In this document: positions 17,921-27,611 of the stretch, piece after piece | Layout of the letters: every line of letters begins with the position of its first letter | Numbering within the stretch: the first letter of the stretch is position 1 | Origin: an uncultured archaeon | GTDB taxonomy: Archaea; Aenigmatarchaeota; Aenigmatarchaeia; Aenigmatarchaeales; Aenigmatarchaeaceae | Assembly (NCBI GenBank): GCA_964353745.1 | Contig: CAYGWD010000003.1 | Location: 1-55,310 of the forward strand | DNA: 55,310 bases | Direction of reading: 5' to 3' | Translations under genes and position numbers: made by a program | The notes under the pieces: model-generated | The model's database searches: none | What the model was told of the DNA's origin: nothing | The model's input: the letters and a program-made list of their open reading frames with translations, nothing else

Positions 17921-18847
17921 GTGAAAAAATTGAAAAAAAATAATAAAAAAAGAATTGCCTTATACGCGATAGTTGCGGTGGTTATAATAGCAGCTTTGTA
18001 TTTCATAAACAACCCGATAACAGGCAACGTCATAGCAACAAACACAACGAAAGAATATGATTTTTCAAGGTCGGGAAATCCAGATTATTACAGTTTGTTA
18101 CCATCGATGCCATCTGACTTTAAAGTAATTAAATTAATGTGGCAACAGGGAATAATCAGAGATGATCCAAACAGAATCAACGATTCTTATTGGAAGCAAC
18201 CAGAATGGTGGCCACTTTATTATGAAAACTTTTTATCAACATTAAAATATGTAGTTGAGTCTAACAGAATGCCTGTATGGAGTTTGGGTGTATTTAATTC
18301 TCAGATATACAGAGCTATAAATCAAGAATGGCTTAAAAATGCAAGCAATATTCCAGAGACGTCTGGTCACGGAGAATTAGAAATAAGAGAAAACAGTTTA
18401 ATAGTAAAACATAGATTCTGGTTAAGGGCAGCTCCAGGTGCTGCTAAAATTTATGGAGTTAGAATTTCAGCCGATTATCCTCCAGAAGCTAATTTAATAG
18501 GAATCGTAGCACTTAACATACCGAATGAAACAGTTAAGCAGGACCCTGAAATAACAAAAAAATACATAAAGGTAACGGCAGTGGAAAGGGACTCGGGTCA
18601 AACAGAGTTTAATTTTGGAACATACTGGCCCAAATTGAGTCCTGATTATCTAAAAGAAATTGAGTTAACAGCTGAGATAGATAAAAACACGCCTAAAGGT
18701 ATGTATATAGTTGGTGTAAATGTAGGAGCCCCTTCAAGGGAATATCAAGAACAACAGAGTCTAAAATATCTTTTAGCATATACAGATCCAAACATAGGAA
18801 TGTATAGAGGACCAACTAAATTTGCGTTGTTTATAGAAGTAATTTAG
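17921..18847 (+). CDS. Single-pass membrane protein, extracellular domain ending in an Ig-like segment (start possibly TTG 17930)
   Basis: Lys-rich N-terminus, TM, NPITGNVI motif; C-terminal IELTAEIDKNTPKGMYIVGVNV. Confidence 0.75.
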   Translation: MKKLKKNNKKRIALYAIVAVVIIAALYFINNPITGNVIATNTTKEYDFSRSGNPDYYSLLPSMPSDFKVIKLMWQQGIIRDDPNRINDSYWKQPEWWPLYYENFLSTLKYVVESNRMPVWSLGVFNSQIYRAINQEWLKNASNIPETSGHGELEIRENSLIVKHRFWLRAAPGAAKIYGVRISADYPPEANLIGIVALNIPNETVKQDPEITKKYIKVTAVERDSGQTEFNFGTYWPKLSPDYLKEIELTAEIDKNTPKGMYIVGVNVGAPSREYQEQQSLKYLLAYTDPNIGMYRGPTKFALFIEVI

Positions 18848-18849
18848 AT

Positions 18850-18878
18850 GTTTATTTTTTTTTCTGTTTATTTTTTTT
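18850..18878 (+). terminator. Oligo-T archaeal terminator-like tract
   Basis: tttatttttttttctgtttatttttttt directly after the stop at 18847. Confidence 0.5.
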
Positions 18879-18962
18879 AATATCATTAAAACTATAAATT
18901 ATAATTAGTATTAAGTATCAATAGTTATTCATAGAATATATTGAAATTAAATCAAAATTTAG

Positions 18963-21146
18963 TTGATTAAAATGAAACTAATCTGCTTATGTTTTTTAAT
19001 TTTATTTATTTTATCAATAGATACAGTTTATGCACAGGATATAGAATGGGTTATGGGTAAAACTTTTTTTATAGTTGATATTAAACCTTGTAATTTTTTC
19101 TCTACGCCAACAGACTGTCAGTCAGTAGTCGGTTGTTGCTGGTGCACTTCTGGCAGCGCTTTTGGTTGTCAAGTCTGCCCTTGCCCAACAGTGCAACCGC
19201 CAACATCGCCGGGAGGTCCGGGAGGAGCCTTCATACCTCCTGAAGAAAAGAAGAACCAAACAAACATCACAGTCACTCCTCTTTCCTTAACAACCAACAC
19301 CATTGAAGTAAGACTATATCCTGGGGAATACGAGATAGTCTCCCTAGGGATAACGAACAACCAACCAGAAAATAGAACCATCAAACTAGGTGTGGAAGGG
19401 GACATATGGCCTTACGTATTGTTCGAGAAGGACACTTTCTCAATAAATCCTGGAGATTCGTACAATGCTAACATAAAATTCTATACTCTGCCAACAACAA
19501 TGCCAGGTATCTATAATGGCAACATCGTAGTCATGTCCGGCAACATCACCAAGAAAGTAGCGGTCATCATGAGGGTCGAGTACAAGCCTGAAAAGTTGTT
19601 GGACATAAAGGTTGACACAATAACAAAGGATGTCTATCCCGGCGACCGCATGAAATACCTTGTCACGTTGTATAATCTAGGCCTGACTAAAAGAGTGGAC
19701 GTGTTCATCAACTATACTGTCAGGTCTGTTGAGAATGATACCATAATATCAAAAACTGGCGAGACGGTAGCGTTAGAAACTTCCCTGTCTTTTGACAGGA
19801 ACATAATAATACCAAACGATACGCCAACAGGTATTTACGTCATAGAGGCTATTGCAGCTTACGAAGATAAGAGAGCTACTTCAATAGCATCCTTTAATGT
19901 TGTAAAGCCCTTCTGGCTAATACCTTTCTTATGGTCCTTGCTAACCAACTGGATAACTTACGTTGTATTATTCATATTGATACCTGCTCTGTATCTTATC
20001 AAGAAACTATACGAAAAACTAAGAATGAAAAGAGTTTACAAGGCGAGATACGTGAGGCCTGTTGACCTTAACAAGCTGCCTAAGAAAGGCCTGCTCGTAG
20101 GCAAAATAGCTGAAACCAATGTTGACGCTTATATTGATCCTGACGATCTGACGACCCACCTGATAGTGGCAGGCGGAACAGGTTCTGGAAAATCAGTGTC
20201 AGCCATGATAATTGCAGAAGAACTTTTGAAGAAAGGAGTGCCTGTTGTTGTCTTTGACCCAACAGCGCAATGGACAGGATTCATAAGACCTTGTACGGAT
20301 AACAAGATGTTGAATCTATATCGTAAGTTCAGAATAAAGAAAGAGGAGGCAAGGGCATTCAAAGGAACAATAATTCAGATAACAGATCCTTTCATGAAGG
20401 TTGAGATAGAGAAATTCATAAAGAAGGGCGAGATAACCGTACTCGCATTGAACAAGCTGACACCAAACCAGTTGGATTACTTTGTAAGAAAGACCATCGA
20501 TTATATGTTCACCATATCGTGGCCAGAATCAAGAGAATTGAAATTGTTGATGGTATACGACGAAGTGCACAGGCTGTTGCCAAAGTATGCCGCGAGAAAG
20601 GTTTCTGCATTGGAAGGCGGAGGCTACATTGCCTTAGAAAGGGGAGTGAGGGAATTCAGAAAGTGGGGAATAGGTTTGGTAATGATATCTCAGGTATTGT
20701 TAGACTTCAAAGGGGCGATAAGAGCTGTCATAGCAACAGAAGCTCAGTTGAGAACGAAATACGAGGGAGACATAAACAGGATAAAAACAAAATATGGTTG
20801 GCAGTACTCAGCAGCCATTCCGAAACTGGAAGTGGGAACCGGTCTGGTGCAAAACCCAGGATACAACAACGGTAAGCCATGGTTCATATCATTTAGGCCT
20901 TTGCTGCACGATACATTCAGGATAACAGACCAAGAACTGGAGTCTTATGATAAATTCAAGAAAGACATAGAAGATTTAAGAAAGGAAACAGAAAAATTAA
21001 AGAGCAAGCAAATAGATACTTATGATATGGAACTGGAGCTCAACTTAGCAGAAGAGAAAACTAAGACAGGACAATTAAGAATGGCTGAAACCTACATAGA
21101 ATCTGTAAAAACAAGAATAGAAACCATTGAAAAGAGGAGAAAGTAA
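18963..21146 (+). CDS. Membrane-spanning HerA/VirB4-like (DUF87-type) ATPase with signal peptide, Cys-rich module and extracellular Ig-like domains
   Basis: Signal peptide, CNFF..C..CCWC..C..CPC, PG linker, two Ig-like domains, TM WITYVVLFILIPALYLI, Walker A AGGTGSGKS, VVVFDPT, Walker B VYDEVH, REFRKWGIGLVMISQ, C-terminal helical region. Confidence 0.88.
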   Translation: MIKMKLICLCFLILFILSIDTVYAQDIEWVMGKTFFIVDIKPCNFFSTPTDCQSVVGCCWCTSGSAFGCQVCPCPTVQPPTSPGGPGGAFIPPEEKKNQTNITVTPLSLTTNTIEVRLYPGEYEIVSLGITNNQPENRTIKLGVEGDIWPYVLFEKDTFSINPGDSYNANIKFYTLPTTMPGIYNGNIVVMSGNITKKVAVIMRVEYKPEKLLDIKVDTITKDVYPGDRMKYLVTLYNLGLTKRVDVFINYTVRSVENDTIISKTGETVALETSLSFDRNIIIPNDTPTGIYVIEAIAAYEDKRATSIASFNVVKPFWLIPFLWSLLTNWITYVVLFILIPALYLIKKLYEKLRMKRVYKARYVRPVDLNKLPKKGLLVGKIAETNVDAYIDPDDLTTHLIVAGGTGSGKSVSAMIIAEELLKKGVPVVVFDPTAQWTGFIRPCTDNKMLNLYRKFRIKKEEARAFKGTIIQITDPFMKVEIEKFIKKGEITVLALNKLTPNQLDYFVRKTIDYMFTISWPESRELKLLMVYDEVHRLLPKYAARKVSALEGGGYIALERGVREFRKWGIGLVMISQVLLDFKGAIRAVIATEAQLRTKYEGDINRIKTKYGWQYSAAIPKLEVGTGLVQNPGYNNGKPWFISFRPLLHDTFRITDQELESYDKFKKDIEDLRKETEKLKSKQIDTYDMELELNLAEEKTKTGQLRMAETYIESVKTRIETIEKRRK

Positions 21147-22729
21147 TGGCTGAAAAGACTGTTGGAGAAATCTTAGAAGAGCAGGGAGTTATTAGCCCTG
21201 TAAAAGAGGGAAAAAAAGGGGAGCAGAAAGAGGATATTGAAGAAAAGAAAATTAGTTTTCTTGGGGAAATAAGAATTAAGCAACTGGTCATGGACCTTGA
21301 AAAGATCAAGGCCGAAGTAGAAGGACTAAGGGAAGTAAAGTTTAGTTCTGATGAAAGGATAAAAGAGCTGTCAGAAAGCATAGGAGAAATTAGGTCAATG
21401 CTGTTTCAAAAGGACAGCCTCGTAAAAGAACTGGAAGCAAAAACCAAACTTCTTGGAGACAGCATCAACGATATTGAGCCTAAAAAAATTTCCAAGGATT
21501 TTCAGAAACAGGAAGAGCGCGTTGCGCAGTACGAGGCAAAGACTGAAAAAATAGAAAGCATGTACAGGGACGTATTGAAAAAGCAGGAAGAGTCTCAAAA
21601 AATACTCGAGGGCATCAAGAGCGTCGAGAACCTAAAGACAAGAATAGGGGAAATGGAAAACCTCGTCTCAAAGTCTATAGAGAATAAGGCGGAGGTAGAC
21701 AGGCTCGAAGCAAAGACTGAAAAGTTCTATATGGAAATAGGAGATAAATTAAGAGAGTTTTCTAAGTTAAAAACTGACACGGAGAAGATAGATGACCTGA
21801 CCAAGGAAATGATCAAATCAATCGACGAAATCAATATCAAGATGACGGGTTTTGCGAAAAAAGAGGATGTCGAAGGTTTTAAAAATATTATTAATGATTT
21901 GGTGGTATCAAACAAAGAAAAGATAGAGGAAAAATTGAAAGGAATAGAAGAATCCTTAAACGTTCCTACAGAAGGTCTGACCTCGAAGATAAGCGAGCTG
22001 CAGAAGAAGAGAGAAAGCGTGCTGAACCTGATAAACAGCCTTGAGGAACAGTACAGGAGAGGCGCTTTGAAAAGGGAGACATTCGAAGAGGTGAGAAACA
22101 AGAACGAGGACCTGCTCAAGAAGATTGATGACGACATTAAGAAATTGGAGAGCCAAAAAGGCCTATCACTGAAATCCTTGCCTAGCATAATAAATGAACT
22201 CGGTGATAATCAGAGAATGTTAGACAGCAAGGTAACAGAAATGGAAGAGCAGGCAGAACCGTTCAAGAATCTGGAAAGCAGGACTTATGTCATGGAAAGT
22301 TCGGTCGATGAAATAAAGGAGGACTTGAGAAAAGTCGGTCCTGAAAAAATGGCTAGGATGGCCAACGCGATAGAAATCCAGACGGAAATTGTCAACGATA
22401 TCCTCACCAAACTGAAGGAGGTCAACAGAAGATTGATGGACGCAAAGGTGAATCTGAACGATTATGAGAACAGAACCAGATTCTTTGAAATTCTTAACAT
22501 CCTGGTGAGATTGAGAGCTGTAAATGAAATTTCTGATTATCTGAACGAGCTTGAAAATCTTATTTTAAAGATGAAGCTGGACAAGCTGTGGAATAGGGAA
22601 AAACAGGACCTGACAGAGAATCTTTTGATGGAGCTGTCAGAGAACTGGCACGAATCAGGGAGAGACGACGTTTCTAAAGTGTTCACTGATTTTCTAGAAA
22701 AGGTAAGAGCACCAAAGACAGCCAAGTAG
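21146..22729 (+). CDS. Long cytoplasmic coiled-coil protein (527 aa) with internal SHOCT-like motif
   Basis: E/K-rich heptads throughout; LEEQYRRGALKRETFEEVR; start overlaps ATPase stop (TAATG). Confidence 0.8.
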   Translation: MAEKTVGEILEEQGVISPVKEGKKGEQKEDIEEKKISFLGEIRIKQLVMDLEKIKAEVEGLREVKFSSDERIKELSESIGEIRSMLFQKDSLVKELEAKTKLLGDSINDIEPKKISKDFQKQEERVAQYEAKTEKIESMYRDVLKKQEESQKILEGIKSVENLKTRIGEMENLVSKSIENKAEVDRLEAKTEKFYMEIGDKLREFSKLKTDTEKIDDLTKEMIKSIDEINIKMTGFAKKEDVEGFKNIINDLVVSNKEKIEEKLKGIEESLNVPTEGLTSKISELQKKRESVLNLINSLEEQYRRGALKRETFEEVRNKNEDLLKKIDDDIKKLESQKGLSLKSLPSIINELGDNQRMLDSKVTEMEEQAEPFKNLESRTYVMESSVDEIKEDLRKVGPEKMARMANAIEIQTEIVNDILTKLKEVNRRLMDAKVNLNDYENRTRFFEILNILVRLRAVNEISDYLNELENLILKMKLDKLWNREKQDLTENLLMELSENWHESGRDDVSKVFTDFLEKVRAPKTAK

Positions 22730-22737
22730 GTGATTGG

Positions 22738-23739
22738 TTGAATTTCTCTTTGGTTAAAAAAATTTTAATAATATTTTTTCTATTGATTTTTTTCACTAAA
22801 GCCTATGCATCGGCAAGCGTGACAATCTATTGCCCTGAAGAGATTCTAATTGAAAAAGGCTGGACGAACTTCATCAGTTTTTCTGTAAACAACAACGGAG
22901 ATGTTGCTTTGAAAAACGTCAGCGCATCCATAAATGGCACCTTTTCCAAATGGTTTGAATTCCAGAACAATAAGATAGATGCACTTGAGGTGAATAAAGA
23001 AACAGACTTGGTAGCCAAGGTTTCAATTCCTGCAGAGATAGCTATTGGAAACTATAACTTCTCCTTTAGCGTGAAATCGAGCGACATAAGCAGTAAAAAG
23101 GATTTCACTGTCAGGATATTCGAATCAAGAGACGACCTGCTGTTGCATCAGATACAGAATCTAAAAAATAATTTGAGCGAACTGGAAAAAGAAGCTGATA
23201 GAATAGAGTCTACGGGAAAGAACCTGACATCTATTAGAAGCTTATTTTATCAGATAAATTCCGAACTAAACTCGGCAAAAGATCAAGTCAACAACAAACA
23301 ATACACGCAGGTAACGGAAACTATAAGGGATGTTGGAAAGCTTTTTATAGAGGCTAGTTTTGACATATCAAATCCTCCTGGACCAACAGAAACAAAGGGT
23401 AATCAAAACTTCGATATATCAAGCAAGGACATATTCTTCATATCCTTGGGAATAGGCATCGTCGTTCTTCTGATAGCGCTAATCTATTTACTCAGGAAAA
23501 TCAAAATAGAAAACAAGGTAAGACTGCCTAACCTAAGGTTAAAGGAGCTTATTGTTGAGAACAAAAGGCTCAAAGAAGTGGAAAAGGAAATTGAGAAAAC
23601 CAAAGAGGCGCAAAGCATAATCGAGGAAGAGAGCAAAGAAAACATGATATCAAAAGAGAGCTATGATGAACTAAAAGTGAAGTACCAGGAAAAACTGTTG
23701 GAGTTGGAAGGCGAGAGAAGGAAGGTAAGAGGATATTGA
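22738..23739 (+). CDS. Membrane protein: signal peptide, Ig-like (CARDB/NPCBM-associated type) domain, helical bundle, TM, cytoplasmic coiled coil with SHOCT-like end
   Basis: SVNNNGDVALKNVSASI..IPAEIAIGNYNFSFSV; TM IFFISLGIGIVVLLIALIYLL; IEEESKENMISKESYDELKVKY. Confidence 0.78.
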   Translation: MNFSLVKKILIIFFLLIFFTKAYASASVTIYCPEEILIEKGWTNFISFSVNNNGDVALKNVSASINGTFSKWFEFQNNKIDALEVNKETDLVAKVSIPAEIAIGNYNFSFSVKSSDISSKKDFTVRIFESRDDLLLHQIQNLKNNLSELEKEADRIESTGKNLTSIRSLFYQINSELNSAKDQVNNKQYTQVTETIRDVGKLFIEASFDISNPPGPTETKGNQNFDISSKDIFFISLGIGIVVLLIALIYLLRKIKIENKVRLPNLRLKELIVENKRLKEVEKEIEKTKEAQSIIEEESKENMISKESYDELKVKYQEKLLELEGERRKVRGY

Positions 23740-24494
23740 TGACCAGAACCATAGGAATCATATCTGGCAAGGGCGGTGTTGGTAAAACCACTATAGCTGC
23801 TAACCTTGGCGCTGCCCTAGCTCACAGGTTTAAGAAAGATGTAACCGTAGTCGATTGCAACCTGACAGCACCTCACCTCAGCCTTTTGCTCGGCATGCAT
23901 TATCATCCTATAACATTGAATCACGTCCTAAGGAATGAGAAACACATCAGCGAGGCTGTCTATGAACATCCTAGCAGTATGAAAGTGATACCTGCCTCAT
24001 TGCAGTTAAAGGATTTGATAAAGGCTGATATAACAAAATTAGGAAAGAACCTGAAAAAATTCAAGGGAAAGACTGACATAATTTTCCTGGATTCTTCTCC
24101 TGGATTAGGCAGGGAAGCTTCCGCGGCAATCGATGCAAGCGAAGAGATACTGTTTGTCACAAAACCTGACATACTATCCGTCTCCGACGTCATCCGGGGC
24201 AAGGAATTGATTGACAAAATAAAGAAAGAGCAAATAGGAGTTGTCATGAACATGGTGACTGGAGGCAGCCATGAACTAACTAAAAAGGAGATTGAAAAGA
24301 TGACAAACCTGCCAGTGGTAGCTGTCATACCTCATGATAAAAATGTTCCCAAAAGCTTGGAATTTAGAACGCCTGTTGTGTTGCACAAACCGAACTCAGC
24401 AGCAAGCAAGGAGTTGAGGAAACTGGCTGGATTTATTATAGATGAGAAAGAACTGAGACTCTGGGACAAGCTGATTAGATTCCTTAAAACCTGA
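23736..24494 (+). CDS. minD: MinD/ParA-family ATPase (archaeal MinD-like)
   Basis: Deviant Walker A SGKGGVGKTT, VVDCNL, LDSSPGLG, VVMNMV; amphipathic C-terminus LWDKLIRFLK. Confidence 0.9.
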   Translation: MMTRTIGIISGKGGVGKTTIAANLGAALAHRFKKDVTVVDCNLTAPHLSLLLGMHYHPITLNHVLRNEKHISEAVYEHPSSMKVIPASLQLKDLIKADITKLGKNLKKFKGKTDIIFLDSSPGLGREASAAIDASEEILFVTKPDILSVSDVIRGKELIDKIKKEQIGVVMNMVTGGSHELTKKEIEKMTNLPVVAVIPHDKNVPKSLEFRTPVVLHKPNSAASKELRKLAGFIIDEKELRLWDKLIRFLKT

Positions 24495-24499
24495 TTAAA

Positions 24500-24871
24500 A
24501 TGAACATCAAACAATTCCTGAAGCCAGACTGGAGAAAGATTGTAGTATTTGTTGTTTTAATTATATTATTTTTTCTTACAGAAGAATTAGTTATGGATTC
24601 AGTCTATTATTATTTAATAAACAAATGTATGGGTGGTCCATGTGGAGAAAATGGTGGATGCTATTATAATGTATGCACTTTTGGAAAAATAAAAATTTAC
24701 TACTTTTATAATGATTTTGATATTAGATTATTACCATTAGTAATATTTTTTGACCCGCTTCAACTGTTTAATCTTTCTCTGGATTATCTAATTTATCCTT
24801 TTACTATATTTTATTTATATCTCTTTTCTTGTTTCATAATCTGGATATACGACAAGTTTAGAAAAAAGTAA
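24500..24871 (+). CDS. Small membrane protein with Cys-containing loop
   Basis: MNIKQFLKPDWRKIVVFVVL; hydrophobic segments flanking CMGGPCGENGGC..C; very AT-rich. Confidence 0.7.
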   Translation: MNIKQFLKPDWRKIVVFVVLIILFFLTEELVMDSVYYYLINKCMGGPCGENGGCYYNVCTFGKIKIYYFYNDFDIRLLPLVIFFDPLQLFNLSLDYLIYPFTIFYLYLFSCFIIWIYDKFRKK

Positions 24872-24907
24872 ACAAAGTTTTTAAAACTGCGGGCATAACT
24901 TATTATT

Positions 24908-25204
24908 ATGGTTATTGAGCTAACGCTAACGACCGTCTTGATATTCGTAGGCTTCGTGGTGTCAGTCTTTATTATCTACAAAATTTTAAAACTATTGTTC
25001 AGAGCCTCCTTAGTTGTGGTAGCCTCATTCGCCTTTCCCTGGGTTGCAAGATACTTTGGTTTGGCAATAACAACGAACCTAGAGACGGGTTTATTCTTTG
25101 CCATAAGCGGTTTCACACTGTTCTGTGTGTATGAGTTCTTCCACTTTATAGTCCAGTTCTTTAAAATGATAACATGGCCTTTTAGAAGAAAGAGTGGTAA
25201 ATGA
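24908..25204 (+). CDS. Small multi-pass membrane protein
   Basis: About three hydrophobic segments; ATGA overlap with next gene. Confidence 0.75.
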   Translation: MVIELTLTTVLIFVGFVVSVFIIYKILKLLFRASLVVVASFAFPWVARYFGLAITTNLETGLFFAISGFTLFCVYEFFHFIVQFFKMITWPFRRKSGK

Positions 25205-25791
25205 TGATTGAAATAAGAAGGAAACTGGTGCACGCTTCCGGCGTTTTCTTGATTTTCATAATCATATGGCTGGGAAAATGGAACGCCGCCCTGATAATTC
25301 TCTCAATGGCTGTGACATTTCTTTTGCTGGGAGAATATAGGAAGAATAGAGAAAAGTATAAGATAATAAAATCAAAAGAGCTGGACGAGATCGAGGAAAC
25401 CATGGAAAAAATGTTCAAAGAGCATGAGAGGCCTAACACCCTGCCGTTTAAGGGTGCAACAGAATTTTTCATAGGATGCTTTCTAGCCACAGTGATATTT
25501 GAGCCTATAACAGCAATAGCAGCCATCGCCGTCCTATCGTTAGCAGACGCTTTATCAACACTGATAGGAAGCTATTATGGAAAACACAAACTTCCGGTAA
25601 ACAAGAAGAAGACTTTTGAAGGGAGCACAACCTTTTTCCTAACATCTATCTTTGTCTTGTGGTTTTTTGTCAATCCCTTGAAAGCCATTATAGTGGCGAT
25701 TCTAGCAACATTCGCAGAAATGATACCCAAAATAGATGACAATCTTACAGTTCCACTAACAGTTGGAATTGTCATGACATTGATTAGTTAG
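25201..25791 (+). CDS. SEC59/DGK1/VTE5-family CTP-dependent polyprenol/diacylglycerol kinase
   Basis: EIRRKLVH, LSLADALSTLIG, KKTFEGS, IDDNLTVP. Confidence 0.85.
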   Translation: MMIEIRRKLVHASGVFLIFIIIWLGKWNAALIILSMAVTFLLLGEYRKNREKYKIIKSKELDEIEETMEKMFKEHERPNTLPFKGATEFFIGCFLATVIFEPITAIAAIAVLSLADALSTLIGSYYGKHKLPVNKKKTFEGSTTFFLTSIFVLWFFVNPLKAIIVAILATFAEMIPKIDDNLTVPLTVGIVMTLIS

Positions 25792-25823
25792 ATATTTAAA
25801 TAGCGATTACAATTAATTTAACT

Positions 25824-27008
25824 ATGACTTATATGTTAGCTCAATTTGGAACAGATTGGATTTCTTTCGTTCTTTGGATCGTAGTAGCAGTAATATTTTT
25901 CGTTTTTGGGCAAAGATTAATGGTAACGCAAATTTTAATAAAATTAGAAAAGGAAGCAGAAGATCTGGAAGAAATGGCGGATAGATCTGAAACTTACGTG
26001 CTGCATTCGATATCCAAAAAGCCGAGCCCGGCATTGAAAAAATCTGTTAAAAACTTCATGGAATTCTTTGCCATAGGGCCTATCTCGATTGATCCTTATG
26101 GCGTCATCAAGAAACTGGACCATATTGTAAGGAATGCTGATGAAAAGTTCAAGTATTTTGTAGGGCAGATAGCGCCAGACCTCTCAAAAGAAGAGCAAAT
26201 GAACATTAAGAATGCCTTGGAAGGCGCCATAACAACGCACCAGATAGCAAAGATAGTCAGGCATTATGTAGAGCTAATTAAAAAGTATAAGATGTTCCAA
26301 TTGGCAATGATAGTCCAAATGCAAATACCTCTGATATCAAGGATTGCAAGAGCCTCCATGAAAGCGACTCAAGCCCTTGCAGAAGGTGTCCCAATAGGAG
26401 ATGGCATAGGATCTTTGGTAGCAGCATCTTTAATGAAAAATAATGTAAAGGTTTTTGATAATTATGAGTTCGCAGTTGCCAAATCGCAGATAAATGGAAA
26501 GGAAGTTTGGGTTTCAAAAGCTGCTGGCCCGGGAGCGTCCACAGGATATCCTGGAAAGTTCTTGATAGACTTCTTTAAGAAACAGAAGATTGACAGAATG
26601 ATAACTATTGATGCTGCCCTAAAATTAGAGGGAGAAAGGACAGGATCGATAGCAGAAGGAGTCGGAGTGGCGATGGGCGGTACAGGAGTGGACAGATACG
26701 AGATAGAGGAAATTGTTGTTAAAAGAAATATTCCTTTGGATGCTGTTGCAATAAAGGTTTCTGAAGAAGACGCCCTAGAGCCTATGAGAAAAGAGATTTT
26801 TGATGTTGTTCCCGAAGCCATAGAAAGCGTTAAGGAGATACTAAAAAGAAATGGAAAGAAGGAGAGGGTTCTGATAATGGGCGTTGGAAACACCTGCGGC
26901 ATAGGCAACACTGCTGAAGAACTAAAAGATTTGGAAAAGAAGCTAAAGTCTTATAGAGATAGGACAGAAGAAAAGAAAAGCAAAGATAAAAATATGAAAA
27001 GTTTATAA
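25824..27008 (+). CDS. DUF1512-family archaeal membrane-anchored protein
   Basis: N-terminal TM; PISIDPYG, PIGDGIG, ITIDAALKLEGERTGSIAEGVGVAMGG, IMGVGNTCGIGN. Confidence 0.8.
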   Translation: MTYMLAQFGTDWISFVLWIVVAVIFFVFGQRLMVTQILIKLEKEAEDLEEMADRSETYVLHSISKKPSPALKKSVKNFMEFFAIGPISIDPYGVIKKLDHIVRNADEKFKYFVGQIAPDLSKEEQMNIKNALEGAITTHQIAKIVRHYVELIKKYKMFQLAMIVQMQIPLISRIARASMKATQALAEGVPIGDGIGSLVAASLMKNNVKVFDNYEFAVAKSQINGKEVWVSKAAGPGASTGYPGKFLIDFFKKQKIDRMITIDAALKLEGERTGSIAEGVGVAMGGTGVDRYEIEEIVVKRNIPLDAVAIKVSEEDALEPMRKEIFDVVPEAIESVKEILKRNGKKERVLIMGVGNTCGIGNTAEELKDLEKKLKSYRDRTEEKKSKDKNMKSL

Positions 27009-27039
27009 ATCTACAAAACTTACTTTCTGAAGTGATTTC

Positions 27040-27555
27040 ATGGGGCTAAGACCCGGAAGATGCTATCATAAGATAAACAAGAAACCATTCACTAGAATAT
27101 CTGTTAGGAGGCCTAGAAAGAGTTATGTTAAAGGTGTCCCTGCGTCAAAGATACATCAGTTCGAAATGGGAATCAAGAAGGACTATCCTTTGACGTTCTT
27201 TATGCAGAGCACAAGAGATGTTCAGATAAGGTCAAACGCTTTAGAGTCTGCAAGAGTTACATTGACAAAATATTTAGGTAACAGCTTAGGCGAAGAAAAT
27301 TTTTTCCTAAAAGTATTGGTTTATCCTCACCACGTATTAAGGGAGAACTCTATGGCAACAGGAGCAGGAGCTGATAGATTTTCCGAGGGCATGAGAAGGA
27401 GTTTTGGAAAACCAATTGGCCAAGCAGCCAGAGTCAAAACTGAGCAAAATATTTTTATGGTCAGGGTTCCTGCCAATTCCGAATTGGTCGTGAAAAAAGC
27501 ATTTAGCAGAACCTCGAAAAAACTGCCTGGCGATTATAAAATGTTAACCGGCTGA
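27040..27555 (+). CDS. rpl10e: 50S ribosomal protein L10e/uL16
   Basis: MGLRPGRCY, QIRSNALESAR, YPHHVLREN..GAGADRFSEGMRRSFGKPIG. Confidence 0.96.
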   Translation: MGLRPGRCYHKINKKPFTRISVRRPRKSYVKGVPASKIHQFEMGIKKDYPLTFFMQSTRDVQIRSNALESARVTLTKYLGNSLGEENFFLKVLVYPHHVLRENSMATGAGADRFSEGMRRSFGKPIGQAARVKTEQNIFMVRVPANSELVVKKAFSRTSKKLPGDYKMLTG

Positions 27556-27611
27556 TTTTTACTCTATAGAAATTTAAATATCAAAATCAAATAATAAAAA
27601 TATTTGGTGAT

